This document shows, one piece after another, positions 1-11,008 of a stretch of 64,000 nt of DNA. The translations under genes and the position numbers were made by a program. Source of the stretch: an uncultured cyanobacterium (GTDB lineage: Bacteria > Cyanobacteriota > Cyanobacteriia > Cyanobacteriales > CAWCAG01); NCBI GenBank assembly GCA_963793425.1, contig CAWCAG010000007.1, positions 384,001-448,000 of the forward strand. Direction: 5' to 3'. The notes below the pieces were generated by a model. It saw only the letters and a program-made list of their open reading frames with translations, was not told where the DNA came from and did no database searches. Position 1 is the stretch's first letter. Every line of letters begins with the position of its first letter.

Positions 1-1
1 T

Positions 2-1150
2 CCGGCTTTAAGTTATCCTAAGCAACTTTATTTTCCCGCTAAACAAGTTGCTGTAGATTTAGAAGGGAGTTTGCGATCGCCCCTGGGGTTGTTAGAAGGA
101 TTGACTTATACGGTAATTTCAGAAGTACCGATTCGCGATCGCACTTTATTAAGGAAAGCTTCTGAAGAATATCCAGAGAAGGTTGAGGAGTATTATTTAC
201 AAATTCCGCCAGAAATCCTCACTAAGGTGAAGCAGCGTACAGAGGAACTCTTGGCTAAGTCCCCTAACCCCCTAACTTCCAGTTACGAAAAAGCGCTCCA
301 TCTGGCCCAAGCTGTTAAGCAAAATTATGAGGTCAAAACTGATTTACCTTTTTTTGATGAAGATGAAGATTTAGTGGAGGCTTTTCTCTTTCGTCATCAA
401 GGGGGCTACCCAGATCATTTTGCTACGGCATATACGATGATGCTTCGCTCGGTAGGTATACCTGCCCGATTGGAAGTAGGTTTCGCTACCGGAGAGTTTA
501 ATCCTTTTACTGGGCTTTATGTGGTCAAAAATACAGATGCCCATGCTTTAACAGAAGTTTACTTTGGTGATTATGGTTGGTATGCTTTTGACCCAATTCC
601 TGGTCATGAAATCATCCCTCCTTCGGTAGAAGAAGTGGAAACTTTTGGCGCATTACAGCAGTTTTGGCGTTGGCTTGCTGGTTGGTTGCCTTCCCCGGTT
701 AGCAACTTTTTTGGGGAACTTTGGCAACAAGTTATTGCTAGGATAGTTCGCTCAATTGCTTGGCTGTGGCGATTTTTCTCTAGTAGTTGGGTGGGCTTAT
801 TTACAGGTATTATGACAGCTATTGGCTTTAGTTTCCTGGCTTGGTTAAGTTGGAATCAACTGCAAGCCTGGGCGCAGCGTCGTTGGTTAGCGAAGTTAGC
901 ACCGATGGAAAGGTTATATCAGCAGATGCTAACGTTAGCTACGGAGCAAGGATATCCTAAAAGTCCGGCTCAAACACCTTTGGAATATGCCCAAGATATA
1001 CAGGGAAATTGGCAAGGTGCTAGGACTGAGATTGTTGAAGAGATTTGCCAAGGCTATGTCGGGTGGCGTTATGGCGATAAATCCCAAAATTTTCCCTATT
1101 TACAAGGGCAGTTGCAAGCATTGCGGCGTAGTTTGAGAAGAATTAATTAG
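2..1150 (+). CDS. Transglutaminase-like (TgpA-type, DUF3488/DUF4129 architecture) membrane protein, 5'-partial
   Basis: The frame is open from base 2 (PALSYPKQLYFP...). It has the transglutaminase-core motifs GGYPDHFATAYTMMLRSVGIPARLEVGF, DAHALTEVYF and GWYAFDP, followed by a TM helix and a DUF4129-like tail (AQTPLEYA). Confidence 0.85.
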   Translation, partial: PALSYPKQLYFPAKQVAVDLEGSLRSPLGLLEGLTYTVISEVPIRDRTLLRKASEEYPEKVEEYYLQIPPEILTKVKQRTEELLAKSPNPLTSSYEKALHLAQAVKQNYEVKTDLPFFDEDEDLVEAFLFRHQGGYPDHFATAYTMMLRSVGIPARLEVGFATGEFNPFTGLYVVKNTDAHALTEVYFGDYGWYAFDPIPGHEIIPPSVEEVETFGALQQFWRWLAGWLPSPVSNFFGELWQQVIARIVRSIAWLWRFFSSSWVGLFTGIMTAIGFSFLAWLSWNQLQAWAQRRWLAKLAPMERLYQQMLTLATEQGYPKSPAQTPLEYAQDIQGNWQGARTEIVEEICQGYVGWRYGDKSQNFPYLQGQLQALRRSLRRIN

Positions 1151-1231
1151 GTACAGCAATTCCCCACGGTTTGTCAATTACACTGTTCCCGATATCTGCA
1201 AAATGTTCAATTAGTTTTGTCTAAGTACTTA

Positions 1232-2296
1232 TTATTCCTCAACTAAAAAGTTATTTTGCTCCAAATCCCGGCGTAGTTGAGAATAATAAATGGGGTTAAT
1301 AACAAAATATTCTTGGTAGCGTTGGAGCAACCCTTCTTGTTGCAAGCGTTGTATCGATATTAAAATATCTGAACTATTTTCCCCTAAACTAGTAGCAAGG
1401 TCAGGGATAGTAAGTTGTTCGTGTAAAGCCAAAGAATAGAGAAGGTAGCGATCACTCATTGCTAACTTTGGTAATTTTGGTAGTAGGGCTTGTTGTTGTA
1501 TTAAAGGTATCAAAGATAAAGGGCTAGTTTCTTTCTCTAGCTCTTTTTCATGGCCTAAAGAACGCAACCACAATTCCCCAGCAACTTGGCTTAATCCTGA
1601 AGAAATTTCTGCCAAATTCTCAAAGTATTCTTGTTCCTCATCTTGAGTAATTTCCATACTAGCTCTCACTGGTTCTAACCAAGCTTTAATCGCCTCACCA
1701 CTTAACTTTGGTAAAGGAAAAGTTTGACAAAACCTCCCTTGAATTCCCTTTGCCTGAATTAAATATTGCCAAGCCCAAGAATGACAACCAATCAGCCAAA
1801 AACTATCTGGATGGTTAAAAACAGCTTCTCCTAGCTTGTTGATAATTTCTAAAGAACCAATGCAGCGCAAAAAACTTTGAGATAAGCGAGGCAAAATAAC
1901 TAATTGCCGTTCCGGAACTTCTTTTAGTTCGGCTTTAAGTTGTTGTATTCTTTTTTGTACTTGGCAAGAAGGAGAACTTAATAACCATCTCTGGGATAAG
2001 GAAGAGGGATTTTTCTTACTTAATAATACCTCTTCCAAAATGCTCTCCAGAGGTTCTCCCGCACTAGCTAAAATAACTAAACTATTAGGAGCATTGGGTT
2101 CATCTTGCCAACGAGCGATCGCACTATTTAAGGCTTCTTTTAATGCTTCTGTATAAGTTTGAGGGGGTCTTAATTCAGCTAACTTACAACTCAGCTTTTC
2201 CTTAGTTTGGGGAGAAAGTTCTTGTAAGGATAATTCTGGCTCAGGGGTTTGTGGAGTAGTCTGAGTTAGGAGAACTTTTAGCTTTTCTAATACCAA
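1232..2296 (-). CDS. Hypothetical protein, possibly a degenerate NTPase-like fold with a C-terminal winged helix
   Basis: 354-aa ORF. The C-terminus LYSLALHEQLTIPDLATSLGE...IQRLQQEGLL looks like a wHTH. No intact Walker A motif is present. Confidence 0.6.
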   Translation of the reverse strand: MVLEKLKVLLTQTTPQTPEPELSLQELSPQTKEKLSCKLAELRPPQTYTEALKEALNSAIARWQDEPNAPNSLVILASAGEPLESILEEVLLSKKNPSSLSQRWLLSSPSCQVQKRIQQLKAELKEVPERQLVILPRLSQSFLRCIGSLEIINKLGEAVFNHPDSFWLIGCHSWAWQYLIQAKGIQGRFCQTFPLPKLSGEAIKAWLEPVRASMEITQDEEQEYFENLAEISSGLSQVAGELWLRSLGHEKELEKETSPLSLIPLIQQQALLPKLPKLAMSDRYLLYSLALHEQLTIPDLATSLGENSSDILISIQRLQQEGLLQRYQEYFVINPIYYSQLRRDLEQNNFLVEE

Positions 2297-2445
2297 TTTT
2301 CTTTATTCTTCAAAAAAGATAAATTTAATCTGATTTTTCGTAAGAACCAATGTAGATTTAGACCGTTATCGATAAGCCTATTAAGGGCTAAGCTTTCGTC
2401 CTCTGGGTTTCCGTTAACGGTGTTATCAACAGTTTTTCCTAGTTT

Positions 2446-3171
2446 TTAAAATACTAACCCGGAACGTAAAGCTAGCACAGCAGCTTGAGTACGATCATCT
2501 GCACAGAGTTTATTAAGGAGGTTACGAACATGGGTTTTCACTGTACCTACAGTAATATAGAGCTTTTTGGAAATTTCATCATTACTGTGGCCAGCTACAA
2601 TCAGTTCTAAAACATCAAGTTCTCGTTTCGTTAAAGGATAAGTCTCTAAAATTCTCTCGCGATCCGCTTCGACTGAAGCAATAATGGTAGTTTTATTGCC
2701 GGAAGGAGAATAAGTACGAGGCAATTTTTGCTGTGCCTGTTTCAAAACCACTTTAGCGATCGCCGGATCAATCCAGGAGTCCCCACTATTGGTAACTCTA
2801 ATCGCTTCAACTAAATTTTCAAAGTAGATATCCTTAACGCTATAAGAATCTGCCCCAGCAGCAAAAGCAGCCAAAACTTCGTTTTCTTTATTATTCATAG
2901 TCAGAACCAAAATTTTTGTTTCTGTTTCTATTTCTGGGGCTTGCATTTGATATTGCCTAAGCTGTTGAGTTAGTTCAATGCCATCCATAATCGGCAAACC
3001 AATATCGACAACAGCAACGTCTGGAGATGTAGCTTTAAGAACCTCCAAACCTTTCTTACCATCGGCTGCTTCCCCTACTACTTGAATGTCTTTATATTGT
3101 TCTAGGGCAGCACGTAAACCTACTCTAGTAAGATGATGATCTTCTACCAATGCCACGCGAATTGCATTCAT
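2446..3171 (-). CDS. NarL/LuxR-family response regulator
   Basis: Receiver domain (LVEDH, VVDIGLPIMDG, K) plus LuxR HTH (LTKRELDVLELIVAGHSNDEISKKLYITVGTVKTHV). Confidence 0.95.
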   Translation of the reverse strand: MNAIRVALVEDHHLTRVGLRAALEQYKDIQVVGEAADGKKGLEVLKATSPDVAVVDIGLPIMDGIELTQQLRQYQMQAPEIETETKILVLTMNNKENEVLAAFAAGADSYSVKDIYFENLVEAIRVTNSGDSWIDPAIAKVVLKQAQQKLPRTYSPSGNKTTIIASVEADRERILETYPLTKRELDVLELIVAGHSNDEISKKLYITVGTVKTHVRNLLNKLCADDRTQAAVLALRSGLVF

Positions 3172-3541
3172 GATTTTCTACTTTTTAGCTCCATCGCATT
3201 ACTAAATATTATAAATTCACTCCCCTTTCTCTTGGATGGTTAGTGTAGCTCGGTAAATATATTCAAGGTTATAAATTTCTGAGAATAAGGGTTTAATAAT
3301 CTCTTCCTTAAAGACTATTGCTTAAGGACTAGGGGGGACAAGTAATTAGTAATAACTAATAAGTAACTAAGTAATAAGTTAATAAAAACAAGCCCTTAGT
3401 AATACTTTTGCTGTCTGGTGAGAAAAGTTTATTTTTAGGCTTTATCTATCCCAAGGTAGTAGTGTACTTTTAAATACAATTCCTCTAGTGCAACTTATAT
3501 CTATGTCCTCAGTTCAAAGATAAGCTCAAGCTATCAATAAA

Positions 3542-5794
3542 CTAATTTGAATCATTAACTGTCATAGCCTTAATTCTCCAGCCATCTTCCTGTCGCAGAA
3601 AATTGTAGCGAACCCGAAAGTCTTTTTCATAGGATTTTGTTTCGTTGCGCTGCCCTTGCTGATAAAAATCTGCTGCTTCAGTAACTATCGCTTCAACACT
3701 AGTTTGATTAGGATCAGTCTCGCTTGCTGTGGCTGATTGTACTTCTATCTTTTCGTGCTTATACTTCCAATAGGCATTATTGTTTTTGAGACTTTGGACA
3801 GTACCACGCCATTGAGATAAAAGGGGTTCAGCCAAAACATTAGTTAGTTTATCTCCCAAATATTCCGAGCCGGTAGCTTGAGACTTAGTAGCTAGCCAGT
3901 TACTAATAAGCTGGCGGGCTGCTTCAGAGGATAACGCCCCTTCCGTTGATACATCTAGCTGAGTACCAGGAGAAGGAATTTCTACAGGGGGTTTGTTTAA
4001 TTCAATGGCTAAACTTTCTTCGGCTGGTTGATTTACACCGAAAAGGCTGTTTAAAGTCGTTCGCAGCCATTTATAAGTTCCGAGCAAAAGGAATATAGCC
4101 ACTCCTAGCCCTAAAAGCCCAACGATGGCGAGGAAAATCAAACGACTCAGCTTCGGAGAAGAGGATTTGCTGCCTAAAGTATTGCTACTATCTGGTTTCA
4201 ACGTACCATTGCTAGGGTTCAGAAAGGAACTAGCAGGTTGTTCGTGAGAAGTTTTTTTGCGCCGCGATCGCCGCTCTTCTGGGGCTACATATTCATTAGC
4301 TCCTCCATTCAAGGTTGATATGCCAATACCAGGAGTATTTCTAGCTGCTTCAGAGCCTCGTTCTACTGTAATGGTTGAAGCGCTGCCCCTAGACTTAGAG
4401 ATACCTTCTCCCCCTTGGCTTCCCACTGCACTATTTTCTTGAGTAGCAAAAGAATTACTGGCAACTGAGGTGTGAGCAGTTTGAGAATCCACCACTGCCC
4501 ATTGACTAGCATCTTCTGTTTCGGCAGGAAGCTTTTCTAAGTAACTTTGTACTTGCTCGTCGGCAAAGTAGTCTTTTAAAGCAACCCTCTGTTGAGCTAA
4601 ATCCCGGAAGTGGGGAAATACTTCTGAATGCAACCAGTTTTCCCCATAAAGACATAATCCTGGTAAAAGGTCTGGCGCTCCTTGGGAATGTTCACGAATA
4701 AAAGCTAAAGGTTCATATTCCTGGCTTAATTCTAGGGCCCGGCTTGCTTCTTCTGTTTGCCCCAGGAGGAGAGCGCAGACAGCTTGTTCTAAATGAACGT
4801 CTTGCCGCTTCCCTAAGCGAATTAACATTACTTTGGCTCTAGCTACCAAGGCAGGACGGCGTTGAGCAAATCCCCTGGCTAATAAAGCATAGACAGCCAA
4901 ATAAGTAGACACAGCAGAAGGTCTTTTTGCTTCTGCTTCAAATAATTCTTGTTGCTCTGCTACGGTTAAATAGCCTCTAAGCTGCTGAATAAAGCGCAGG
5001 AAGTCATCTATACTCAAACCTGATTGATCGTTGGCTGGGCCATCTATACCACCCCGCTCAGCTAACATTTCCCGTAGTAGTATCAACCCTTGCTGCCTTT
5101 CTGGGGTATTTTTTAGGGGTAAGGCCAACAATTCTAAAACGCGATAGGGTCTAAGCTTGTAAAGATCCGCTTGAATTTCTCCCCTAATTCCAGGAAATAG
5201 CCCTTCTCGCAAGAGCAAATCTTGTCCTGTTTGCCCCGAAATCGAAGCGTTTTCATATTCTTTCTGCTGCCAGTGTTCTCTACCCAACTCCAAACAGGCT
5301 AAAGCTAGGGTCAATACGAGATCAGCTCTAACTAGTTTAGGATCTCCCAACAGCCCTTTATCAAGACTGATACCGTCTTTTTTGGTTAAATAGGGGTGGC
5401 CCAATTTTAAGACTAACTCGTATTCTCCTAATTCTTGGAGTATCAATACAGAACCAATAAACTGCTCTGCATCAATCTCAATCCAAGGGGTATGGGGGTC
5501 TAGTTCACTATTCTCTGCCTTGCCTGTCTCTTCTAAAGGCAAATCTATTTGCCCTTCAGAATTTGATTCATAAGTCTTAGCCAAAAAGCTAGCATCATAT
5601 TCAGAACGCTGCTCTGGATCAGACAAAACCCCATAGGCTTCGTCAAGTAATTGTTTACGTGCGGCGATCGCCGCATCGCTATATTCTCGACGCGGCAGTT
5701 GTAAAGCCCGGTCTTGATATGCCTGACTTAGTTGTTCGGCTGTGGCCTGAATCGGCACGCCCAGTATTCTATAATAATCGAGCGGTATTCGCAC
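3542..5794 (-). CDS. ftn2: Cell division protein Ftn2/ZipN (ARC6 homologue)
   Basis: N-terminal J-like domain MRIPLDYYRILG, conserved ARC6 region, a TM helix, and a C-terminal IMS/DUF4101-like domain. Confidence 0.93.
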   Translation of the reverse strand: MRIPLDYYRILGVPIQATAEQLSQAYQDRALQLPRREYSDAAIAARKQLLDEAYGVLSDPEQRSEYDASFLAKTYESNSEGQIDLPLEETGKAENSELDPHTPWIEIDAEQFIGSVLILQELGEYELVLKLGHPYLTKKDGISLDKGLLGDPKLVRADLVLTLALACLELGREHWQQKEYENASISGQTGQDLLLREGLFPGIRGEIQADLYKLRPYRVLELLALPLKNTPERQQGLILLREMLAERGGIDGPANDQSGLSIDDFLRFIQQLRGYLTVAEQQELFEAEAKRPSAVSTYLAVYALLARGFAQRRPALVARAKVMLIRLGKRQDVHLEQAVCALLLGQTEEASRALELSQEYEPLAFIREHSQGAPDLLPGLCLYGENWLHSEVFPHFRDLAQQRVALKDYFADEQVQSYLEKLPAETEDASQWAVVDSQTAHTSVASNSFATQENSAVGSQGGEGISKSRGSASTITVERGSEAARNTPGIGISTLNGGANEYVAPEERRSRRKKTSHEQPASSFLNPSNGTLKPDSSNTLGSKSSSPKLSRLIFLAIVGLLGLGVAIFLLLGTYKWLRTTLNSLFGVNQPAEESLAIELNKPPVEIPSPGTQLDVSTEGALSSEAARQLISNWLATKSQATGSEYLGDKLTNVLAEPLLSQWRGTVQSLKNNNAYWKYKHEKIEVQSATASETDPNQTSVEAIVTEAADFYQQGQRNETKSYEKDFRVRYNFLRQEDGWRIKAMTVNDSN

Positions 5795-6128
5795 GGTTTG
5801 CTTCCCCAGGACGCTAGCTACTGAAATTGACCTTGATAAAACCCCAATTTGCCTTCAGTTATCTAGTTATTATTGTTTCTTTTGCACGATTCTAACTCAA
5901 GAGCAACCTATTTAAGATAAATATTTACTGGAAATTCCCTAAAGGTAATTGAAAAATTTAGCATTTTTCTTAGGTTTTCAGTTTAATCTTAAAATGTCAA
6001 TGCTGTGTTACTTAGGTCTAATATGACAATCACAGCTTGCTTGGGATTTAAGTTGAGTGACAAAATAGCTCAACTAAACCCTTTTGCCCAATTCCTCTCG
6101 CAACTGCTGTAAGGATACAACAAACTTT

Positions 6129-7164
6129 ATGGTCTTAGAACGCACTTTACCCGAATTTCACGCCACCTCCGCTCAAATTGACAGAGAAGTTGGATTGCTT
6201 CTCTATGAAGATATGGTACTCGGCCGTTTATTTGAAGACAAATGTGCTGAGATGTATTATCGAGGCAAAATGTTCGGTTTTGTCCATCTTTACAATGGTC
6301 AAGAGGCCGTATCCACTGGGGTTATTCAAGCTATGCGCCCCGGAGAAGATTATGTCTGTAGCACTTATCGAGATCATGTCCATGCCCTTAGTTGTGGAGT
6401 TCCTCCCAAGGAAGTTATGGCAGAATTATTTGGCAAGGCTACAGGCTGTAGTAAAGGGCGTGGTGGCTCGATGCATATGTTTTCTCAAGAACACCGCCTT
6501 TTAGGAGGATTTGCTTTTGTAGCTGAAGGTATTCCTGTCGCGACGGGGGCCGCACTACAATCAAAGTACCGCCGGGAGGCTTTAGGAGATGAAAATGCTG
6601 ACCAGGTAACAGCTTGCTTTTTTGGGGATGGAGCAGCTAATAATGGTCAATTTTTTGAATGTCTTAATATGGCAGCCCTTTGGAAGTTACCCATTCTTTT
6701 TGTGGTGGAGAATAATAAATGGGCTATTGGTATGGCCCATGAGAGAGCGACTTCTCAACCCGAAATTTATCGCAAGGCTGAAAGCTTCAATATGCACGGG
6801 GTTGAAGTAGATGGTATGGATGTTTTAGCAGTTCATACCGTAGCTAAAGAAGCTGTAGCCAGGGCTAGAGCAGGTGAAGGCCCTACCTTGATTGAAGCTT
6901 TGACCTATCGTTTTCGGGGTCACTCTTTGGCTGATCCTGACGAACTACGGCCCCAAGAAGAAAAACAAACTTGGTTAGCACGAGATCCGATTAAAAAGTT
7001 AAACGCTTACTTAGTTGAGCAGAATTTAGCAGATAGCAGAGGAGCTTAAAGCGATTGATAAAAAGATTCAAACCCGAATTGAAGAAGCTGTTAAATTTGC
7101 TCAGGATAGCCCAGAGCCAAATCCTAGTGAGTTAAGACGGTTTATTTTCGCTGAGGATCAATAG
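6129..7164 (+). CDS. pdhA: Pyruvate dehydrogenase E1 alpha subunit (one-base frameshift near 7037, probably a sequence error)
   Basis: [14 protein letters not shown] motif GDGA...[13 protein letters not shown]. The C-terminus [41 protein letters not shown] continues in a shifted frame to TAG at 7162-7164. Confidence 0.95.
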
Positions 7165-7184
7165 TTTGGAGAGGGGCATTTAAC

Positions 7185-7216
7185 TCAAAGCCTCTACTAC
7201 GCAGTAGAGGCTTTGA
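7185..7216 (+). terminator. Stem-loop downstream of pdhA
   Basis: Perfect 14-bp stem TCAAAGCCTCTACT-acgc-AGTAGAGGCTTTGA. Confidence 0.7.
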
Positions 7217-7365
7217 TTGATTGTTATGTATCGGCATATGTTGAGGAGTATTGGAAGTGAACCCTTCGTTTGCTCATGTGTTCAGTTACCCTAACACCCT
7301 GATGCTAAGTGCTAGCAATTTATGCTCTATCAGCTATTTGTGGGACTCTTTTGCCCTAGAGTTAC

Positions 7366-7734
7366 CTAACGAGAAACAGCGAGAGAATCATTTCCTTTTT
7401 GATTGTTGTCCCAGTTAGAATCAGAAGGGGCAATATGATATTTAACCAAGTCAGCTAAGTCTTCTAGCTGGCAAATGGCTTCGGCTCCTTCCAATTTCAT
7501 TAGCTCTCGGTCATCCCGCATTTCCGTCCAGGTGATGCCATAATCTGAGACTAAAAAACGGATGAGATGATTTTGTCCTAAGCTCACCATAAAAGAAGCG
7601 CTGTTCATTTGACTCCCGCAGGTATAGCAAGAAGCGAGATAGCCGCGATTTTCCAAAACAATAGCCATAGCTTGGAGATTCATTACCAAGTCTTTGACAA
7701 AAAGACGATGTTGTTGTGCAAGTCGTAAAAACAC
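7366..7734 (-). CDS. DUF1815-family cyanobacterial conserved protein
   Basis: GTG start at 7734 with GGAGG upstream. The sequence FLRLAQQHRLFVKDLVMNLQAMAIVLENRGYLASCYTCG matches the family as I recall it. Confidence 0.75.
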   Translation of the reverse strand: MFLRLAQQHRLFVKDLVMNLQAMAIVLENRGYLASCYTCGSQMNSASFMVSLGQNHLIRFLVSDYGITWTEMRDDRELMKLEGAEAICQLEDLADLVKYHIAPSDSNWDNNQKGNDSLAVSR

Positions 7735-8137
7735 TTTTTTCCTCCAACCAAAAGATATGTTTAGACATTTTAATACTTTCTTAAGGCTTTTCTTTTTTCC
7801 CCTAGTGTTACACTCCAATCTTGAAAATAATCAAGCTTAAGAAAATAATTAATTGTCTACTGCGCATCAGGTTATCCTAGCCTCAATAAAATGCCCAGTA
7901 TAAGCAACTACATTTGGCAAAAACTAGCCTGATACAAACCTGAATATTCCTTAAATAAATCTGTCTAGAGGTATAACTATTAGCAAATTTATTTCTTTAT
8001 GGGCTTCAGGCAGAAAGCTTTAGCAACTAAGCTATGGCTAAGCGCTACTTTCTAGTATTACCTCAATATTCATTATTAGGTGTTGTAAAAAGGAATTTTT
8101 AGACAAAAGATTAATTACTTTTACTTATTAATTACCT

Positions 8138-9052
8138 TTAAATAGTTAATTTATCTAGAACTACTTTTGTCGAGACAATGTGTTTCTCTAAACCTAATTG
8201 TTGGGGTTCAAGTCCTAAAGCTAAACCAATCAACTGAGGTAAATGAAGGACTGGTAGGCCTAAAGAGCGTCCTATGACTTTTTCTACCTCTGGTTGGCGA
8301 GAATCGAGATTAAGATGACAAAGAGGGCAAGGAGTTACTAAACAGTCAGCCCCACCATCAATAGCCTCTTGGATATGTTTGCCAGCCATTTGGAAAGATT
8401 GTTCTGGGGCATAGCTAGAAATAGGCCAACCACAGCATTGAGTACGACCTGAATAGTAGACAGGAGTAGCTCCCACTGTACGGAAGACATTTTCTAAAGA
8501 TTCTGGCTGAAGAGGATCGTCGTAGGGTAGAGATTTTTGAGCGCGGAGTAAATAGCAGCCATAAAAAGCCGCACATTTCAAGCCAGAAAGGGAACGCCTA
8601 ACCTTGGCTTTTAGTTTATCAAGACCATAATCGCCTACAATTGCCCAAAGAAGATGTTTTACTTCTGTAGAACCTTGATAAGGTGAACAGCCTTCTTTTT
8701 TCAATAAGCCATTAACCTGTTCTAAGTAAACAGGATTATTTGCTTGGGCTTCTTTTAAGCGTTCATCCACATGACCAATAACTCCTTGACAAGTGCTGCA
8801 ATGGGTTAAAAGAGGAAGATTTTCTGCTTCAGCCAGGGCAATATTACGAGCATTAACGGTATCTTCTAGTAATTGGGAATCTTCTTTGTAGGTTCCCGAT
8901 CCACAACAAGCGCCCTTTTTTAATTCAATGAGTTCAATATCTAAAGCTTTCGCTAAGGCTGAAGTAGATAAATAAAGCTCCTTACAAGCCCCTTGAGCCA
9001 CACAGCCCGGAAAATAAGCATAGCGCAAAGCTTTTTCTGTCGTGATCGTCAT
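8138..9052 (-). CDS. hdrB: Heterodisulfide reductase subunit B-like CCG-domain protein (cyanobacterial HdrB/SdhE-type)
   Basis: YAYFPGC, two CCG motifs (ACCGSG, QCCGWP), CSTC and CPLCHLNLD. Confidence 0.88.
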   Translation of the reverse strand: MTITTEKALRYAYFPGCVAQGACKELYLSTSALAKALDIELIELKKGACCGSGTYKEDSQLLEDTVNARNIALAEAENLPLLTHCSTCQGVIGHVDERLKEAQANNPVYLEQVNGLLKKEGCSPYQGSTEVKHLLWAIVGDYGLDKLKAKVRRSLSGLKCAAFYGCYLLRAQKSLPYDDPLQPESLENVFRTVGATPVYYSGRTQCCGWPISSYAPEQSFQMAGKHIQEAIDGGADCLVTPCPLCHLNLDSRQPEVEKVIGRSLGLPVLHLPQLIGLALGLEPQQLGLEKHIVSTKVVLDKLTI

Positions 9053-9295
9053 AGCCCTTGTATCCTTTTCAAATCCCTAACTCGCTATTATTCTATATCG
9101 GTGAGGATAAGTGATGAGCAGAAAACAATTATCCATTAGCAACTAGCGACTAGCAACTAGCTATTAGCCAAGTATGCCAATTATCTGTGCGACCACAAAA
9201 AAGCTTAGGGAGTACCGCTTTCCGATAAGATGAAAAATACTTACAAAATCTCTATTCACTCAAGTCAATTCCGGCAAGTAGGTTGAACAAAACTT

Positions 9296-9544
9296 ATGAA
9301 TCAAGAAATTTTCTCTCAAGTGCAAACAATTGTTACAGAACAATTAGAAGTTGAAGCTGATAAAGTGACTCCTGAAGCTAGCTTCGCTAACGATTTAGGA
9401 GCAGATTCCCTAGATACTGTAGAGCTAGTCATGGCTTTAGAGGAAGAATTTGACATTGAAATTCCTGACGAAGCAGCAGAACAAATTGCTACAGTCAAAA
9501 ACGCTGTGGATTATATTAGCGATAAGGTAGTTACCTCAGCTTAA
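9296..9544 (+). CDS. acpP: Acyl carrier protein
   Basis: Phosphopantetheine site [20 protein letters not shown]; lies directly upstream of fabF. Confidence 0.98.
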   Translation: MNQEIFSQVQTIVTEQLEVEADKVTPEASFANDLGADSLDTVELVMALEEEFDIEIPDEAAEQIATVKNAVDYISDKVVTSA

Positions 9545-9613
9545 AAATACTCAAATGAGACGCTCTTAGTGTGTTTTGAGCGAACAAAACAATTTTGAGA
9601 AAATGTTCTCTCA

Positions 9614-9640
9614 GGACGGGATTTATCTTAATACCCGTCC
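9614..9640 (+). other. Intercistronic stem-loop between acpP and fabF
   Basis: GGACGGG...CCCGTCC inverted repeat with no U-tract; followed by an (AGCAATT/AGCATTT)n repeat at about 9691-9730. Confidence 0.45.
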
Positions 9641-9757
9641 ACCACAAGAGTAATGTAATGGCTCAAATAGCCTCACTAAGTTGAGGATCTCAGCAATTAG
9701 CAATTAGCATTTAGCAATTAGCATTTAGCAAAAAGTCTTTCATCATTCTCTAGCCTC

Positions 9758-11008
9758 ATGACAAATTTACAACTAAAACGGGTTGTTATAACTGGCCTCG
9801 GAGCAGTTACTCCCTTGGGAAATAGCCTCAATGAATACTGGGAAGGTTTATTAAGTGGACGTAGCGGCATCGCTCCGATTAGCCTCTTTGATGCTTCTCG
9901 CCATGCTTGTCAGATTGCTGGAGAGGTTAAAGGTTTTGATCCTCACGATTATGTTAGCCGTAAAGAGGCTAAGCGTATGGATCGCTTCGCTCAATTCGCG
10001 ATCGCAGCAAGCAAACAGACTTTAGAAGATGCCAAATTTGAGATTAATGACCTCAATGCTGAACAAGTAGGTATCATCATTGGTACTGGTGTAGGGGGGC
10101 TTAAAGTTCTTGAAGACCAGCAAGAAATATACCTCAGTAGAGGGCCTTCTCGTTGTAGTCCTTTTATGATCCCTATGATGATTAGTAACATGGCGGCAGG
10201 GTTGGCAGCTATTCATACGGGGGCAAAAGGGCCTAATTCCTGTACTGTGACTGCCTGTGCTGCTGGTTCCCATGCCGTAGGAGATGCCTTTCGCTTAGTT
10301 CAGAGGGGTTATGCCCAAGCCATGATTTGTGGTGGTACAGAAGCTGCTGTCACCCCTCTTGGGTTAGCTGGTTTTGCCTCAGCAAGGGCCCTTTCTACCC
10401 GTAATGATAATCCTACTTGTGCTAGTCGTCCTTTTGATAAAGATAGGGATGGTTTTGTGATGGGAGAAGGTGCAGGTATATTACTTCTAGAAGAGCTTGA
10501 ACACGCTTTAAGCCGAGGAGCCAAAATTTATGGGGAAATTATTGGCTATGGTATGACCTGTGATGCCTATCATATGACTGCTCCAGTCCCTGGGGGTGAG
10601 GGGGCAACTAGGGCCATACAGTTAGCCCTTAAAGATGGGGGCATTAGTCCAGAGCAAGTAAGTTATATTAATGCTCACGGCACAAGCACTCCCGCCAATG
10701 ATCCCACAGAAACTAAGGCAATTAAAAAAGCTTTAGGAGAAAGCGCTTACAAAATAGCGATCAGTTCCACAAAATCTATGACAGGACATCTTTTAGGGGG
10801 GTCTGGAGGTATAGAAGCGGTAGCTACAGCTATGGCAATGGCTAATGACAAAATCCCACCAACCATTAACCTCGATAGCCCTGATCCTGACTGCGATTTA
10901 GATTACGTTCCTCACACTCACAGAGAGCAACAAGTAGCAGTTGCCCTTTCTAACTCCTTTGGTTTTGGTGGCCATAACGTAACCTTAGCCTTCAAAAAAT
11001 ATATTTAA
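9758..11008 (+). CDS. fabF: 3-oxoacyl-ACP synthase II
   Basis: TACAAG catalytic Cys, NAHGTST, KSMTGHLLG and SNSFGFGGHN. Confidence 0.98.
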   Translation: MTNLQLKRVVITGLGAVTPLGNSLNEYWEGLLSGRSGIAPISLFDASRHACQIAGEVKGFDPHDYVSRKEAKRMDRFAQFAIAASKQTLEDAKFEINDLNAEQVGIIIGTGVGGLKVLEDQQEIYLSRGPSRCSPFMIPMMISNMAAGLAAIHTGAKGPNSCTVTACAAGSHAVGDAFRLVQRGYAQAMICGGTEAAVTPLGLAGFASARALSTRNDNPTCASRPFDKDRDGFVMGEGAGILLLEELEHALSRGAKIYGEIIGYGMTCDAYHMTAPVPGGEGATRAIQLALKDGGISPEQVSYINAHGTSTPANDPTETKAIKKALGESAYKIAISSTKSMTGHLLGGSGGIEAVATAMAMANDKIPPTINLDSPDPDCDLDYVPHTHREQQVAVALSNSFGFGGHNVTLAFKKYI

